A DNA stretch of 64,000 nucleotides from Gammaproteobacteria bacterium (lineage in GTDB: Bacteria > Pseudomonadota > Gammaproteobacteria > Eutrophobiales > Eutrophobiaceae). The notes below the pieces were generated by a model that was not told the DNA's origin, searched no databases, and saw only the letters and a list, made by a program, of their open reading frames with translations. Position numbers and translations under genes: made by a program. Below, piece by piece: positions 31,230 to 41,553 of this stretch (position 1 is the first letter of the stretch; every line of letters starts with the position of its first letter). The DNA lies in NCBI GenBank assembly GCA_965238225.1, contig OZ250183.1, positions 1 to 64,000 of the forward strand, in the 5' to 3' direction.

Positions 31230-31266
31230 TTGGGAAGCTAAGGTTCTACCATTGAAATACGCCTGC
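31230..31266 (-). tRNA. tRNA-Gly(CCC) 5' half (truncated pseudo-tRNA)
   Basis: Minus strand GCAGGCGTATTTCAATGGTAGAACCTTAGCTTCCCAA resembles the glyU-type 5' half; similarity stops at the end of the anticodon loop. Confidence 0.7.
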
Positions 31267-31498
31267 TGGAGAAATTAGAATAAATCTAACTTCAAGCATC
31301 TAAAAAATCATCTGGCACAAATGTACTCTCTTCATAATATTGGTGTAATATTCGTTATAATATTAAATAAAACCTGCATTTTATGGTGATGATTTTTTAG
31401 CATATTGGCAATATAACCTTACGGCTAAATATTCATTAAAACTAAATCACAAGACGGAATAGGTTCGGCAATAGGGTTGAGGGAAGGATTTTAAATTT

Positions 31499-31888
31499 AT
31501 GGGAAAGGTTAGGCCGATTGTCGTTTGCATAGACGATAATCCATCAATGATGAAATTGCTTAAAAAAAGCACAGAAAATCTGGATATTGATTTAACTGTG
31601 TTTGCTTCTGCGGAAGATGCGTGGCCATATCTGGAGTCAAATGCACCGGATCTCATTATTCTCAACATCATACTGCCTAACAAAGATGGTTTGTCCTTGC
31701 TAAAAGACTTAAGAGGACTGCCAAAACATCAAAAAACTCAGGTAATCATCATAAGCTCAAAAGATTATGAACAGGATCGAGCCATCGCTAAACAGCTTGG
31801 CGCGTTAGAGTTTATCCCAAAACCCATACCAATGCAGACAATTGCGGATATTGTAGTAAAATACACCCAAGCGACCTCAAAAACCTAG
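31499..31888 (+). CDS. single-domain response regulator with Asp->Asn at the phosphoacceptor
   Basis: IDDN acidic pocket, PDLIILNIILP, ISS, FIPKP. Confidence 0.85.
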   Translation: MGKVRPIVVCIDDNPSMMKLLKKSTENLDIDLTVFASAEDAWPYLESNAPDLIILNIILPNKDGLSLLKDLRGLPKHQKTQVIIISSKDYEQDRAIAKQLGALEFIPKPIPMQTIADIVVKYTQATSKT

Positions 31889-31913
31889 AAAACCTAAAAA
31901 ACAACATTATTTA

Positions 31914-32822
31914 ATGAGTAAAACACAACTCCAATTCTGGGGTGTTCGCGGGTCTTACGCGGCGCCTTTTGCTACCCATGTTGGTGTCGGCGGAAATACT
32001 TCCTGTGTGGAGATAAGGTCTGGCGATCACCTGCTGGTTTGTGATGCCGGAACTGGCATCATCCCGCTCGGCAACAAATTGATGCAGCAGGATAAAATCC
32101 GAGAAATGCTTATAATACTGACGCATTACCACTGGGATCATATCTGCGGTCTGCCTTTTTTCGTGCCTGCCTTCATGGCTGACTGGGAAATCAATTTTTT
32201 TGGGCCTGGTGACAGTCCTAAGTCGATAGAAAAATATGTCTCTGCACAAATGCACGCACCTCATTCTCCTGTTAGCGTAGAAACTTGGCTGGCAAAAACA
32301 AATTATCTCATGCCAAAAAATAATGGTCTCCAACATGGGCCTATGAAAATTCATTTCTCAAATGTACATCACCCAGGCATTACTTATGGATACAGAATTG
32401 AAGTCAATGACAAAACTATTATCTACGCATCTGATAATGAATGCATGTTTATTGAAAAATCGATCAAACATAGAGCTGATGAATTTAACAAAGAAGAACT
32501 TGAGCTATTGAAAGAAATGACTCATGAGGAACATCAATCGGAATTAAGCCTTATTCAGGATGCAGACATCCTTATCCATGATGCTCAATACACACCTAGT
32601 GATTATGATAAAAAACGCGGATGGGGACATTCCTGCTACATTGATACAGTCAATATGGCAATTGATGCCAATGTTAAAGAACTTTACCTATTTCATTATG
32701 ATCCAAATTATGATGATGCTGCTATGGAAACAATACTCAAACATTCAAATGAAATCATCAAAGAAAAAGGTGCTGCACTTATCTGCCATCTTGCTAAGGA
32801 AGGTATGGTTATAGATATTTGA
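31914..32822 (+). CDS. metallo-beta-lactamase fold hydrolase
   Basis: WGVRGS, GGNTSC, DAGTG, THYHWDH, HPG, SDNE, HDAQY, GWGHS. Confidence 0.9.
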   Translation: MSKTQLQFWGVRGSYAAPFATHVGVGGNTSCVEIRSGDHLLVCDAGTGIIPLGNKLMQQDKIREMLIILTHYHWDHICGLPFFVPAFMADWEINFFGPGDSPKSIEKYVSAQMHAPHSPVSVETWLAKTNYLMPKNNGLQHGPMKIHFSNVHHPGITYGYRIEVNDKTIIYASDNECMFIEKSIKHRADEFNKEELELLKEMTHEEHQSELSLIQDADILIHDAQYTPSDYDKKRGWGHSCYIDTVNMAIDANVKELYLFHYDPNYDDAAMETILKHSNEIIKEKGAALICHLAKEGMVIDI

Positions 32823-32870
32823 ATTTTATTTTTCTCTGTATAGGCACTGTATCAATCGCTATTAGTCATC

Positions 32871-33068
32871 ATGCAAATAACCCTCAACAGTAAATCAATT
32901 GTACTTGATGAGCAGATGAATATTGTCCAGCTACTTTCCCTGCTGACAATTTCAGGCCACCTTGCCGTAGAAGTCAATCAGCAAATCATCCCTCGTAGTT
33001 TATTTTCCACTTACGAAATAGAGTCAGGTGACACTATAGAAATTGTTGAAGCAATCGGTGGTGGCTAA
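32871..33068 (+). CDS. thiS: sulfur carrier protein ThiS
   Basis: 65 aa, AVEVN, C-terminal IGGG; overlaps thiG start. Confidence 0.92.
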   Translation: MQITLNSKSIVLDEQMNIVQLLSLLTISGHLAVEVNQQIIPRSLFSTYEIESGDTIEIVEAIGGG

Positions 33069-33868
33069 TGTCGGTTGACAAAAAAAGCCCTGACGATCCA
33101 ATAGTCATCGCTGGGCAGGCATATACATCACGGTTACTACTCGGCACGGGTAAATATAAGGATATGGATGAAACTCGACTTGTCATTGAAGCAAGCGAAT
33201 CACAAATTATTACTGTTGCTATCCGTAGAAGCAATATTGGTCAAACCCTAGGTGAACCAAATTTATTAGACGTCATCTGTCCGGATAAATATACCATCTT
33301 GCCAAATACAGCTGGCTGCTACGACGCTGACTCGGCCATACGAACTTGCTTGCTTGCTCGCGAATTACTTGACGGCCATCAACTCGTTAAACTTGAAGTG
33401 CTTGGAAATGAAAAAACACTTTTCCCTGATATTCCAGCAACGATCATTGCTGCAGAAACACTTATAAAAAAGGATTTTGACGTCATGGTTTACACCAATG
33501 ACGATCCTATTATGGCCAAACGATTTGAGGAAATGGGCTGCGTTGCCGTCATGCCGCTGGCTGCGCCTATCGGATCAGGCCTTGGTATTAGAAATCCGTA
33601 CAATATAAAAATAATAATAGAAAATGCGTCTATACCAATTATCGTAGATGCTGGTGTTGGCACAGCTTCTGATGCTGCGATTGCCATGGAGCTGGGTTGC
33701 GACGGCGTTTTAATGAACACGGCTGTTGCCGAAGCCAAAAACCCTGTCTTGATGGCAAGCGCGATGAAAAAAGGAATTGCGTCCGGTCGTGAAGCATTCC
33801 TCGCAGGTCGTATGCCGCGCCGCGCATATGCTAGCGCATCATCTCCCATTGACGATACATTTTTCTGA
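33068..33868 (+). CDS. thiG: thiazole synthase
   Basis: [36 protein letters not shown]. Confidence 0.97.
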   Translation: MSVDKKSPDDPIVIAGQAYTSRLLLGTGKYKDMDETRLVIEASESQIITVAIRRSNIGQTLGEPNLLDVICPDKYTILPNTAGCYDADSAIRTCLLARELLDGHQLVKLEVLGNEKTLFPDIPATIIAAETLIKKDFDVMVYTNDDPIMAKRFEEMGCVAVMPLAAPIGSGLGIRNPYNIKIIIENASIPIIVDAGVGTASDAAIAMELGCDGVLMNTAVAEAKNPVLMASAMKKGIASGREAFLAGRMPRRAYASASSPIDDTFF

Positions 33869-33907
33869 CTCATCAACTAGTCCCGCTATTCGTAACACTA
33901 CGCTGTA

Positions 33908-34600
33908 ATGTCACCAGATTCAAACCAACGCCCGCCAATACGTAGTTTTGTTTTGCGTAACGGGCGCATGACATCAGCACAAAAAGATGCGCTTGCAACA
34001 TCATGGCTTAATCACGGTATTGACTTTAGCAATATACCTTTAAATCTTAATAAGATATTTACAAGGCATGCGCCAAAAATATTAGAAATCGGTAGCGGAA
34101 TGGGAGATGCCACCGTGCAAATGGCAAAGTCTCACAAAGAAAACGACTATCTGGCTATAGAGGTGCATCATCCTGGTATCGGCAGCCTCATGCGACAAAT
34201 TGAAAAAAATAAACTTTCAAATATTCGAATCATATCCCATGACATTATCGACATATTAAAATATCAACTGCCTGAAAATAGCATTGATTGCGTTTATATA
34301 TTTTTCCCCGATCCTTGGCCAAAGAAAAAACATCATAAAAGACGTTTAATAAATTCATCGTTCTTGACTTTAATGAAAACTGTTCTAAAAAATCATGGTC
34401 GCCTTTTTATTGCGACTGACTGGGAAAATTACGCAAAACAGATCATTAAATTAATTGATAATGAATTAAAAATCATAAATCTGGCTGGCGAGAATCAGTA
34501 TTCACCTCGCCCACGATGGCGACCCATGACAAAGTTTGAAAAGCGGGGTTTAAATAAAGGGCATCAAGTATTTGATTTTGCACTTGCTTTTAAGCATTAA
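33908..34600 (+). CDS. trmB: tRNA (guanine-N7)-methyltransferase
   Basis: IRSFVLR, LEIGSGMG, FPDPWPKKKH, ATDW, TKFE. Confidence 0.95.
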   Translation: MSPDSNQRPPIRSFVLRNGRMTSAQKDALATSWLNHGIDFSNIPLNLNKIFTRHAPKILEIGSGMGDATVQMAKSHKENDYLAIEVHHPGIGSLMRQIEKNKLSNIRIISHDIIDILKYQLPENSIDCVYIFFPDPWPKKKHHKRRLINSSFLTLMKTVLKNHGRLFIATDWENYAKQIIKLIDNELKIINLAGENQYSPRPRWRPMTKFEKRGLNKGHQVFDFALAFKH

Positions 34601-35258
34601 TATACTCAGCAGAAAACAATTCCCTGAAATTACCAATATGAGGAAAGTCCGTTGATGTTCGTGCCGACACATGACTATCTGGTTTGGCAATGCTCAATAA
34701 ATGGCGAACTCCATATCTTTGCGCAGCAAGTAATACCATTGGATTATCATCGATAAATAAAGACTTCTCTTGGTTGAATTGAACAGTATTTGCGAGCAAT
34801 TCCCAAAATTCATTATGTTCTTTTGGGCTGCCTAATGTATGAGCTGAAATAATATGATCAAAATATTTTCTAAGTCTTGTTTTTTTAAGTTTTACATCAA
34901 GAATTTTTTCATGTGCATTAGTTAACAGTACAACTTCTTTACCCATTTTATTCAACTTGAATAATAATTCTTCTGCATGAGGTCTTGTTTTTATTAAATA
35001 TGCAACATCGTATTTAAGTCTGAAAACATCCAAACCCAGCTCACTAGACCAATAATCCAGGCAGTACCATGCCAGCGTCCCTTCCACGGCTTTAAATTTT
35101 GGAATCAATGTTTCTTTCGCAGTGTCAATATCCATGCCGTTTGCTTCGCCCCAGCATTTTGGCAGGTATTCTTGCCAGAAATAATTATCAAAATGGAGAT
35201 CGAGCAAAGTGCCATCCATATCCAGCATCACAGTCTCAATCTCATTCCAGTTAATCAT
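34590..35258 (-). CDS. yrfG: GMP/IMP nucleotidase, HAD family
   Basis: LDMDGTLLDLHFDN, WYCLDYWS, TNAH, FIDD, PDS. Confidence 0.85.
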   Translation of the reverse strand: MINWNEIETVMLDMDGTLLDLHFDNYFWQEYLPKCWGEANGMDIDTAKETLIPKFKAVEGTLAWYCLDYWSSELGLDVFRLKYDVAYLIKTRPHAEELLFKLNKMGKEVVLLTNAHEKILDVKLKKTRLRKYFDHIISAHTLGSPKEHNEFWELLANTVQFNQEKSLFIDDNPMVLLAAQRYGVRHLLSIAKPDSHVSARTSTDFPHIGNFRELFSAEYINA

Positions 35259-35349
35259 TATAAGGTATATATCAATCGGTATTAAATTGGAGAAAATAAT
35301 TATATATTGACGGAGATAGAATGAATTACTTCTATCAAAAGACTACGTA

Positions 35350-35679
35350 CTAAAGAAACAAGACACATCCCCATACAAGCACTGCATTAAACAATGCCAT
35401 CAACACTGCCGCTGAGGCAATATCTTTTGCCCGACCTGACAGATCATGTTGTTCTCCTCCAAATCTGTCTACAACTGCTTCCATGCTTGAATTAACCAAC
35501 TCAGTAACCAACACCAGAAGAATAACGCTCACAAGTAGAGCGATTTCTATGCCAGTTTCTCCGAGATAAAAGCTAAGTGGGATAAGGGTGGCGGAAAGAT
35601 AAATTTCCTGTCTAAATGACGCTTCATTTTTAAACGCAGAAGATAAACCTTGCATTGAAAAAACAACTGCCTTGAACAA
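35350..35679 (-). CDS. dgkA: diacylglycerol kinase (true start may be slightly upstream)
   Basis: EASFRQE, ELVNSSMEAVVDR, AKDIASAAV. Confidence 0.92.
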   Translation of the reverse strand: MFKAVVFSMQGLSSAFKNEASFRQEIYLSATLIPLSFYLGETGIEIALLVSVILLVLVTELVNSSMEAVVDRFGGEQHDLSGRAKDIASAAVLMALFNAVLVWGCVLFL

Positions 35680-35745
35680 TCGTTGAAGGCCAACTGTGCC
35701 TTGTGAAGATATTGTGTCGTCCCTTTGAAGTGCTGTGTTTAATTC

Positions 35746-36243
35746 TTACAATAAAGCTAAGGCAGCATTGTAGTTTGGTTCATCTTCGATTTCGCTTACT
35801 AGCTCTGTATGTATCACCTTGTCATCTTCATCTATGACAACAATAGCACGTGCAGTAATCCCTGCTAATGGACCATTTTCTATTAGCACACCATAGTCTT
35901 TTGCAAATTTACGTGAGCGCATCATCGAAAGTGGTATAACATTCTTAGTGCCTGCTTCTGAACAGAAACGCGACATAGCAAAGGGAAGATCTCCAGAAAT
36001 CATCAAAAAAACAGTATCTTTTCTACTTGCAGCAGAATCATTAAAATTTTTTGTAGATAATGCGCAGGTTGGTGTGTCAAGGCTCGGCACAATATTCAGC
36101 AATTTCTTTTTACCACTGTAGTTTTCTAGGCCAACGTCAACAAGCTCACTATTAACCAGCGAAAAAGCGGGCGCGGGTTCGCCAACTGCTGGTAAATTAC
36201 CATTGGTGATTATGTCATTTCCATGCAAAGTTATGTTAGCCAT
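35746..36243 (-). CDS. tpx: thiol peroxidase
   Basis: PSLDTPTC, DLPFAMSRFC, EPNY. Confidence 0.95.
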   Translation of the reverse strand: MANITLHGNDIITNGNLPAVGEPAPAFSLVNSELVDVGLENYSGKKKLLNIVPSLDTPTCALSTKNFNDSAASRKDTVFLMISGDLPFAMSRFCSEAGTKNVIPLSMMRSRKFAKDYGVLIENGPLAGITARAIVVIDEDDKVIHTELVSEIEDEPNYNAALALL

Positions 36244-36317
36244 TTCAGTTTCCTCTATCCTCTAAAAAATAATTCTAATGATATTGTACGCATATAACGG
36301 CTTTGAGATCATCTGTT

Positions 36318-37064
36318 TTATCTGTATTTGAGCCACATCCAAGCACCACTCATGGCCAGCAATAAGAATAATACTGCCATAAAATCAACCAGTAATACAC
36401 CAGCCTGTCCCAATATCCTGCCGCTATGAACGTCCAGAATGATTCTTTCTGCAGGCAAACCCTTGCCACGATAAAGTATCAAAAGCGCGTCGTATAAATC
36501 CTTTGGTACTTCTCCAGAACCAGACCAATTGACGAAAATCTCATTATCTTCTTGCCATTTAAGCGCATCAATATCAACTAGATAATTTCCATGCGCTGCA
36601 CCTATCACTACATCTTCCTGTGCAGATAAACCAATCGCTTTTAACTTTACAGGGACACCATCTTTTGCTGATATTCTTTCAATAATCTCGCCAGATGAAG
36701 TCAGAATTAACAAGCTTTCACTAAGCGCAACAACAAAGCCATCGCTAATACTTACAACACCATATAATCTTCCAATAGGTCTGAAAAGCTCCGTCCTATC
36801 AAAATATAAACGACTGTCGATTTGAGTAAGCCAATGCTTGCCTGCCCTAAAACCTTTTATATGACTCTCAGGCCGAATATGATACCAAGCAAGAAGTTTC
36901 TCATTTTTAACAAAAATATTTTGCAAATTTAGTTTATCCGTGTGATTTAAGAGGAGACCGGTAATAACCAATAATATAACAAAAACTGCACTAGTAATTC
37001 CGAGCCTTCTGTGCCATTTATGAATGAATCTCCGCATTATATTTTCACCATAACTGCCGAGCAT
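36318..37064 (-). CDS. PepSY-associated TM helix protein
   Basis: KWHRRLG, ITGLLLNH, LDVHSGR, SGAWMW. Confidence 0.8.
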   Translation of the reverse strand: MLGSYGENIMRRFIHKWHRRLGITSAVFVILLVITGLLLNHTDKLNLQNIFVKNEKLLAWYHIRPESHIKGFRAGKHWLTQIDSRLYFDRTELFRPIGRLYGVVSISDGFVVALSESLLILTSSGEIIERISAKDGVPVKLKAIGLSAQEDVVIGAAHGNYLVDIDALKWQEDNEIFVNWSGSGEVPKDLYDALLILYRGKGLPAERIILDVHSGRILGQAGVLLVDFMAVLFLLLAMSGAWMWLKYR

Positions 37065-37076
37065 GATTCATAATAA

Positions 37077-37612
37077 TTATTTTCCCGAGCCTTCAGTTTC
37101 TTGATGCAATAATAAAGCAAGCCGAGCCATTTTTTTCATGGCATTTACAGAAAGTGTGGCGCCTGATATCCCATCAATATGCCTATCAAGCATATTATTT
37201 TCTTTTAATGATGCTGCGCTAAACTGATCGGTGAAAAATGGATAGCGAACCTCCCATCCTCTGCTTTCTCGAAATGACAGAACTTTTACACTTTCAATTT
37301 TATTCTCACGGACTACTATACCTGCGGTAATTAATTTTTCCTTACCAATCTCTTCAAGTATCCATGCGCTTCGCTGATCTAGCTTCCAGTATTTTATCCT
37401 TAAAATATTGAGATCGTGCCCTATAATTTCACGTATCTTTTTTTTAGATCTTTTTTAATCCAGATCTTACTAATCTTAGGAACATCGCCAGAGAATACTT
37501 CCTGAATAAAATCAGATGGTGCTTGATAATTACCCGTTGCATTAATGCAAAAAGTCACGCTTAACATCATACACATCACAAGAACCTGCATATAATATTT
37601 TTTTATAATCAT
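37077..37612 (-). pseudogene. FMN-binding (flavinylated) protein, split by a frameshift at an A8 run near 37440
   Basis: ORF 37421-37612 continues in the -1 frame as IREIIGHD..WILEEIGKEKLIT..FRESRGWEVRYPFFTDQF..IDGISGATLSV, stop at 37077. Confidence 0.8.
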
Positions 37613-37655
37613 GATATGTATGTTATCTTAAATTTACCAAAGCATTTAACTTGAA

Positions 37656-38993
37656 CTAGAATTCATACCCAAGACCAAGGTTAATACCATCTCTAATAGC
37701 GGCAGCGCTACTTTTACCGCTTTCATTTTGATAATCAAATTTGAATACGACACTTGTATGTGGCCACCAATTCATACCAATGTTCCAGCTATCAAATCCA
37801 ACAAAGGTTCCATTCGGCACATTCCCCTGACCTCGCGCATCCCATTGTGCGTAACGTATAAATACGCCCAATTCGCCAGGGATACCGCCTAGAGCATCAA
37901 AGCGGTATGCTGGCTCAATATACCAGCCATCTAAACTGTCTTGAGCAAAGTTAATACCTGTTGATACATCAATATCCCATCTAGCATATAGCGCACGCAA
38001 AGCAAAGCCAGTCGCATGTTTATAGTCAACATGGCCTTCAAATAAAGTTGCATCAACATCAAAAACATCTGCTGTGCCGGTCATGTCTGACTGATACTGC
38101 CCTGATAAACCAACTTCTAAACCAGGCATACCGGTGTATCGAATGCGACCCGTATACGCAATGTCCTGATTATCAGCTACAGCTACTTTTGTTCTTCCGC
38201 TTCTTGGTCTTAGTGTAGAAGAACCAGTCGTTGGGCTTACCAAGCCACCGTGAACAACAAGGTCGTAATTCCATCCTGGCATTATTTCTCCACTTAGGCC
38301 AACACCTGCCTCCCACCACGTTGCTGGAATAATCTCAGCTTCAACTTTGTTTCTTTCAACACCATAAAATGTACTTGGTTCATGAATAACGCCAGTGATG
38401 CCGATAGGTAAAACATCAATGCCTGCTCGCAAGCGATGATGATCATTTATATCCATTTCAATCCAAGCTTGTTCGAGCTCAACCTTACCGGAGCTGCCTT
38501 CGCCTGCCACTGCATGTTCTAGTTCAAATTCTGAAGAAAACCGGATGTTGTCAGTGAATTCATGACCGAAATATAAAATAAATCGGTGAAAATCAACCCT
38601 ATCAAGGGCATCGTCACCGCCTACTGTGTTGTTGTTATCACGTAGATTGTTGTAATGTAGTTCGCCATAGCCACCCACACTGGTTCTATTAAACCACGAT
38701 GAACCGCTTACCGATGTACGTGCAGTTTCAAATGCTTCTGCTGCTGCCTCAATTTCTTTAGCAGTTTCTACAGTTTTTTCCCTGTTCGCGGTGACACGTT
38801 TATCCGTAGCATCTAACACAGCCTTAAGTTCGTCTATCAATATTTGTTGTTGTTGTATGATTTCCCACATTTCCTCAACTGAGGGTGGCTTGGCAAAACT
38901 ATTTTGAGCTATTGTTGAAATGCATAAGATAAGAACACTCATGCTTGTCTTTAATATATTGCTTGTTTTAAAGATTTTCTTAACTTTGAACAT
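37656..38993 (-). CDS. outer membrane porin-like beta-barrel protein
   Basis: Signal peptide, coiled coil, GGYGELHYN, DFHRF, ELEH, HEP, C-terminal LGLGYEF. Confidence 0.85.
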   Translation of the reverse strand: MFKVKKIFKTSNILKTSMSVLILCISTIAQNSFAKPPSVEEMWEIIQQQQILIDELKAVLDATDKRVTANREKTVETAKEIEAAAEAFETARTSVSGSSWFNRTSVGGYGELHYNNLRDNNNTVGGDDALDRVDFHRFILYFGHEFTDNIRFSSEFELEHAVAGEGSSGKVELEQAWIEMDINDHHRLRAGIDVLPIGITGVIHEPSTFYGVERNKVEAEIIPATWWEAGVGLSGEIMPGWNYDLVVHGGLVSPTTGSSTLRPRSGRTKVAVADNQDIAYTGRIRYTGMPGLEVGLSGQYQSDMTGTADVFDVDATLFEGHVDYKHATGFALRALYARWDIDVSTGINFAQDSLDGWYIEPAYRFDALGGIPGELGVFIRYAQWDARGQGNVPNGTFVGFDSWNIGMNWWPHTSVVFKFDYQNESGKSSAAAIRDGINLGLGYEF

Positions 38994-39131
38994 AAATACT
39001 TAAACATTGCATATTGATAACTTCCCAGTCTATGTTTTAGTTTTATTGCAGGTTTGCTAACGATACATGGCGATACAGAGTCATAATACAGCTCGTGCAC
39101 AAACTCATATTCCAATTTGGAATATGTAAAT

Positions 39132-39150
39132 AATAATCTTTCTCATTATA
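39132..39150. promoter_or_regulatory. possible Fur box upstream of the porin
   Basis: Minus strand TATAATGAGAAAGATTATT, 14/19 match to GATAATGATAATCATTATC, but in AT-rich context. Confidence 0.4.
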
Positions 39151-39470
39151 AATATCAATCATTTTAATTGAAAAGGCATTAAATATTCTATCTTACTGAT
39201 TTTTATGGCTTTTGAAGCTTGATAGTCATGTTGATGGCTAAAGTTGATTTGGGCAAGAACAGTACAGCTGCAAGGTTGACTGTATCATTATTGTTTTATT
39301 GCAAGAGCATTTACAAATATGGATGATCAATACGAGGCTCTCTGTATGGCAATCTTTAAGGCGTAGAAATTTTTTACTTATAGGCGCTATTTTTTTATAA
39401 TCTGACATTCCTTGATGACGATATTCTTTAAAATTACCTAACTATTTTAGTCCCTAATGATATTAATTTA

Positions 39471-41522
39471 ATGAACAATCCATTACTTTACACTGATGGC
39501 TTACCACTTTTTTCTTCTATTCTTCCAGCAGATATAGAGCCAGCGATAGATCAGTTATTAAAAGACGGTCGCGCTGAAATTCAATCTCTATTAAATAATA
39601 ATCAAGCAACGAGCTGGAAAAATACACTACAGCCGATAGAGAATCTTAATGATCGATTAAATCGTGCTTGGTCACAAGCAAGTCATTTACATTCTGTTGC
39701 GGACAATGATGAATTGCGACAAGCCCACAATACTTGCTTACCCAAGCTATCAGACTATGCAACAGAGATGGGACAAAACAAAGATTTGTATCTGGCATAT
39801 AAATCAGTCTCAGAAAGCGAAGACTATGCCTCGCTGGACGATGCGCAAAAGAAAATAATAGAAAATGCATTGCGAGAATTCAAATTTTCTGGTGTCGAGT
39901 TAGACGATAATAAACAACAGGAATTTAAGAAAATAAAACAACAACTCTCTTTGCTGCAAACAAAATTTGAAGAAAACCTGTTGGACGCAACACAAACCTG
40001 GACAAAGCATGTGACAGATAAAAATGACCTAAGTGGAATACCTGAATCCGCCATGGCACTGGCCGCACAAAAAGCCGCCAGTGAGAACAAAAAAGGCTGG
40101 ATATTTGCTCTGGAACTCCCCTCCTATATGCCTGTCATGAAATACGCCGACAATTCTGCTTTACGCAAAGAGATGTATGTCTCTTATATCACACGCGCCT
40201 CGGACAAGATGCCGATTTCTAATACGAAAAAAAGGCAATGGGACAATTCAAAGATCATGAATGAAATCCTAGCCTTACGCCATCGACAGGCACTGCTGCT
40301 CGGCTATGCAAGTTATGCGCATTATTCCCTTGCCAAAAAGATGGCTAACGATACAAACGAAGTGCTGGATTTTCTTAATGATTTAGCTTCGCGGTCTAAA
40401 AGTATGGCAGAACAAGAATTGAAAGCGCTGCAAGAATTCGCAAAATTAGAATTCAATCTAGACACATTAGAAGACTGGGACATAACTTATTATTCTGAAA
40501 AATTCAGACACCATAAATACACCCTTTCGCAGGAAGAATTGCGGCCTTACTTTCCTGTAACCCAAGTGATTGATGGATTATTTGCTATTGTTAATCTTCT
40601 CTATGGTATTGATGTGAAAGAAAAGAAAGCTATTCAAGTATGGCATAAAGATGTTCGTTTTTTTGATATCTACGACAACACAGGGTCTTTACGCGGGGGC
40701 TTCTATCTCGACCTTTACGCACGCACAGATAAGCGTGGAGGTGCTTGGATGGATGAGTGTATTTCTCGGAAAAAATCCAGTTCTGAAATACAAAATCCCA
40801 TAGCCTACATCACCTGTAACTTCACCCCGCTTGTGGAAAATGATCCTGCATTACTTACTCATGATGAAGTTATTACCCTATTTCATGAATTTGGTCATGG
40901 TCTACATCACATGCTAACACTGGTTAATTATCCTAGTGTCTCCGGTATTAATGGCGTTGCTTGGGATGCGGTTGAACTTCCAAGTCAGTTTATGGAAAAC
41001 TGGTGCTGGGAACGTCAGGCTTTAGACCTTGTCGCCAGACATTATCAAACCGGCGACTTAATCAACGATGACATTTTTAATAAAATGATCGCAGCCAGAA
41101 ATTTTCAAACTGGGATGCGAATGGTAAGACAGCTCGAATTTTCCATTTTCGACTTCAGGCTCCATCTGGAATATGACAGTAAATCACCGCGATATATTCA
41201 ATCTATGTTGGATGATGTGCGTGAACAAGTCGCGGTTGTGTTTCCTTCCGACTACAATCGGTTTCAACACAGCTTTTCACATATATTCGCAGGCGGCTAC
41301 GCAGCGGGGTATTATAGCTATAAGTGGGCAGAAGTGCTGTCAGCGGATGCCTTTGCAAAATTTGAAGAAAACGGGATTTTTAACAAAAATACTGGTAATG
41401 AATTTTTGCATTCGATATTGGAACAAGGCGGTGTGAAAGAACCTATGGAACTTTTTATCAACTTCAGGGGTCGTAAGCCAAACATTGATGCTTTATTGAA
41501 GCATTCAGGAATTAATACATAA
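39471..41522 (+). CDS. prlC: oligopeptidase A (M3 family)
   Basis: MNNPLL, KRGGAWM, FHEFGH, WDAVELPSQ, HIFAGGYAAGYYSY. Confidence 0.95.
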   Translation: MNNPLLYTDGLPLFSSILPADIEPAIDQLLKDGRAEIQSLLNNNQATSWKNTLQPIENLNDRLNRAWSQASHLHSVADNDELRQAHNTCLPKLSDYATEMGQNKDLYLAYKSVSESEDYASLDDAQKKIIENALREFKFSGVELDDNKQQEFKKIKQQLSLLQTKFEENLLDATQTWTKHVTDKNDLSGIPESAMALAAQKAASENKKGWIFALELPSYMPVMKYADNSALRKEMYVSYITRASDKMPISNTKKRQWDNSKIMNEILALRHRQALLLGYASYAHYSLAKKMANDTNEVLDFLNDLASRSKSMAEQELKALQEFAKLEFNLDTLEDWDITYYSEKFRHHKYTLSQEELRPYFPVTQVIDGLFAIVNLLYGIDVKEKKAIQVWHKDVRFFDIYDNTGSLRGGFYLDLYARTDKRGGAWMDECISRKKSSSEIQNPIAYITCNFTPLVENDPALLTHDEVITLFHEFGHGLHHMLTLVNYPSVSGINGVAWDAVELPSQFMENWCWERQALDLVARHYQTGDLINDDIFNKMIAARNFQTGMRMVRQLEFSIFDFRLHLEYDSKSPRYIQSMLDDVREQVAVVFPSDYNRFQHSFSHIFAGGYAAGYYSYKWAEVLSADAFAKFEENGIFNKNTGNEFLHSILEQGGVKEPMELFINFRGRKPNIDALLKHSGINT

Positions 41523-41553
41523 TTATCAGATAGATTTAACTGGAAATTAAAAT

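Larger units (their letters stand above)
24722..31266. mobile_element. horizontally acquired type I R-M island with extreme GpC depletion, right end at a tRNA-Gly half
   Basis: Abrupt compositional change relative to flanks; hsdM-hsdS-hsdR; tRNA-Gly(CCC) 5' half at 31230-31266; no integrase seen. Confidence 0.7.
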
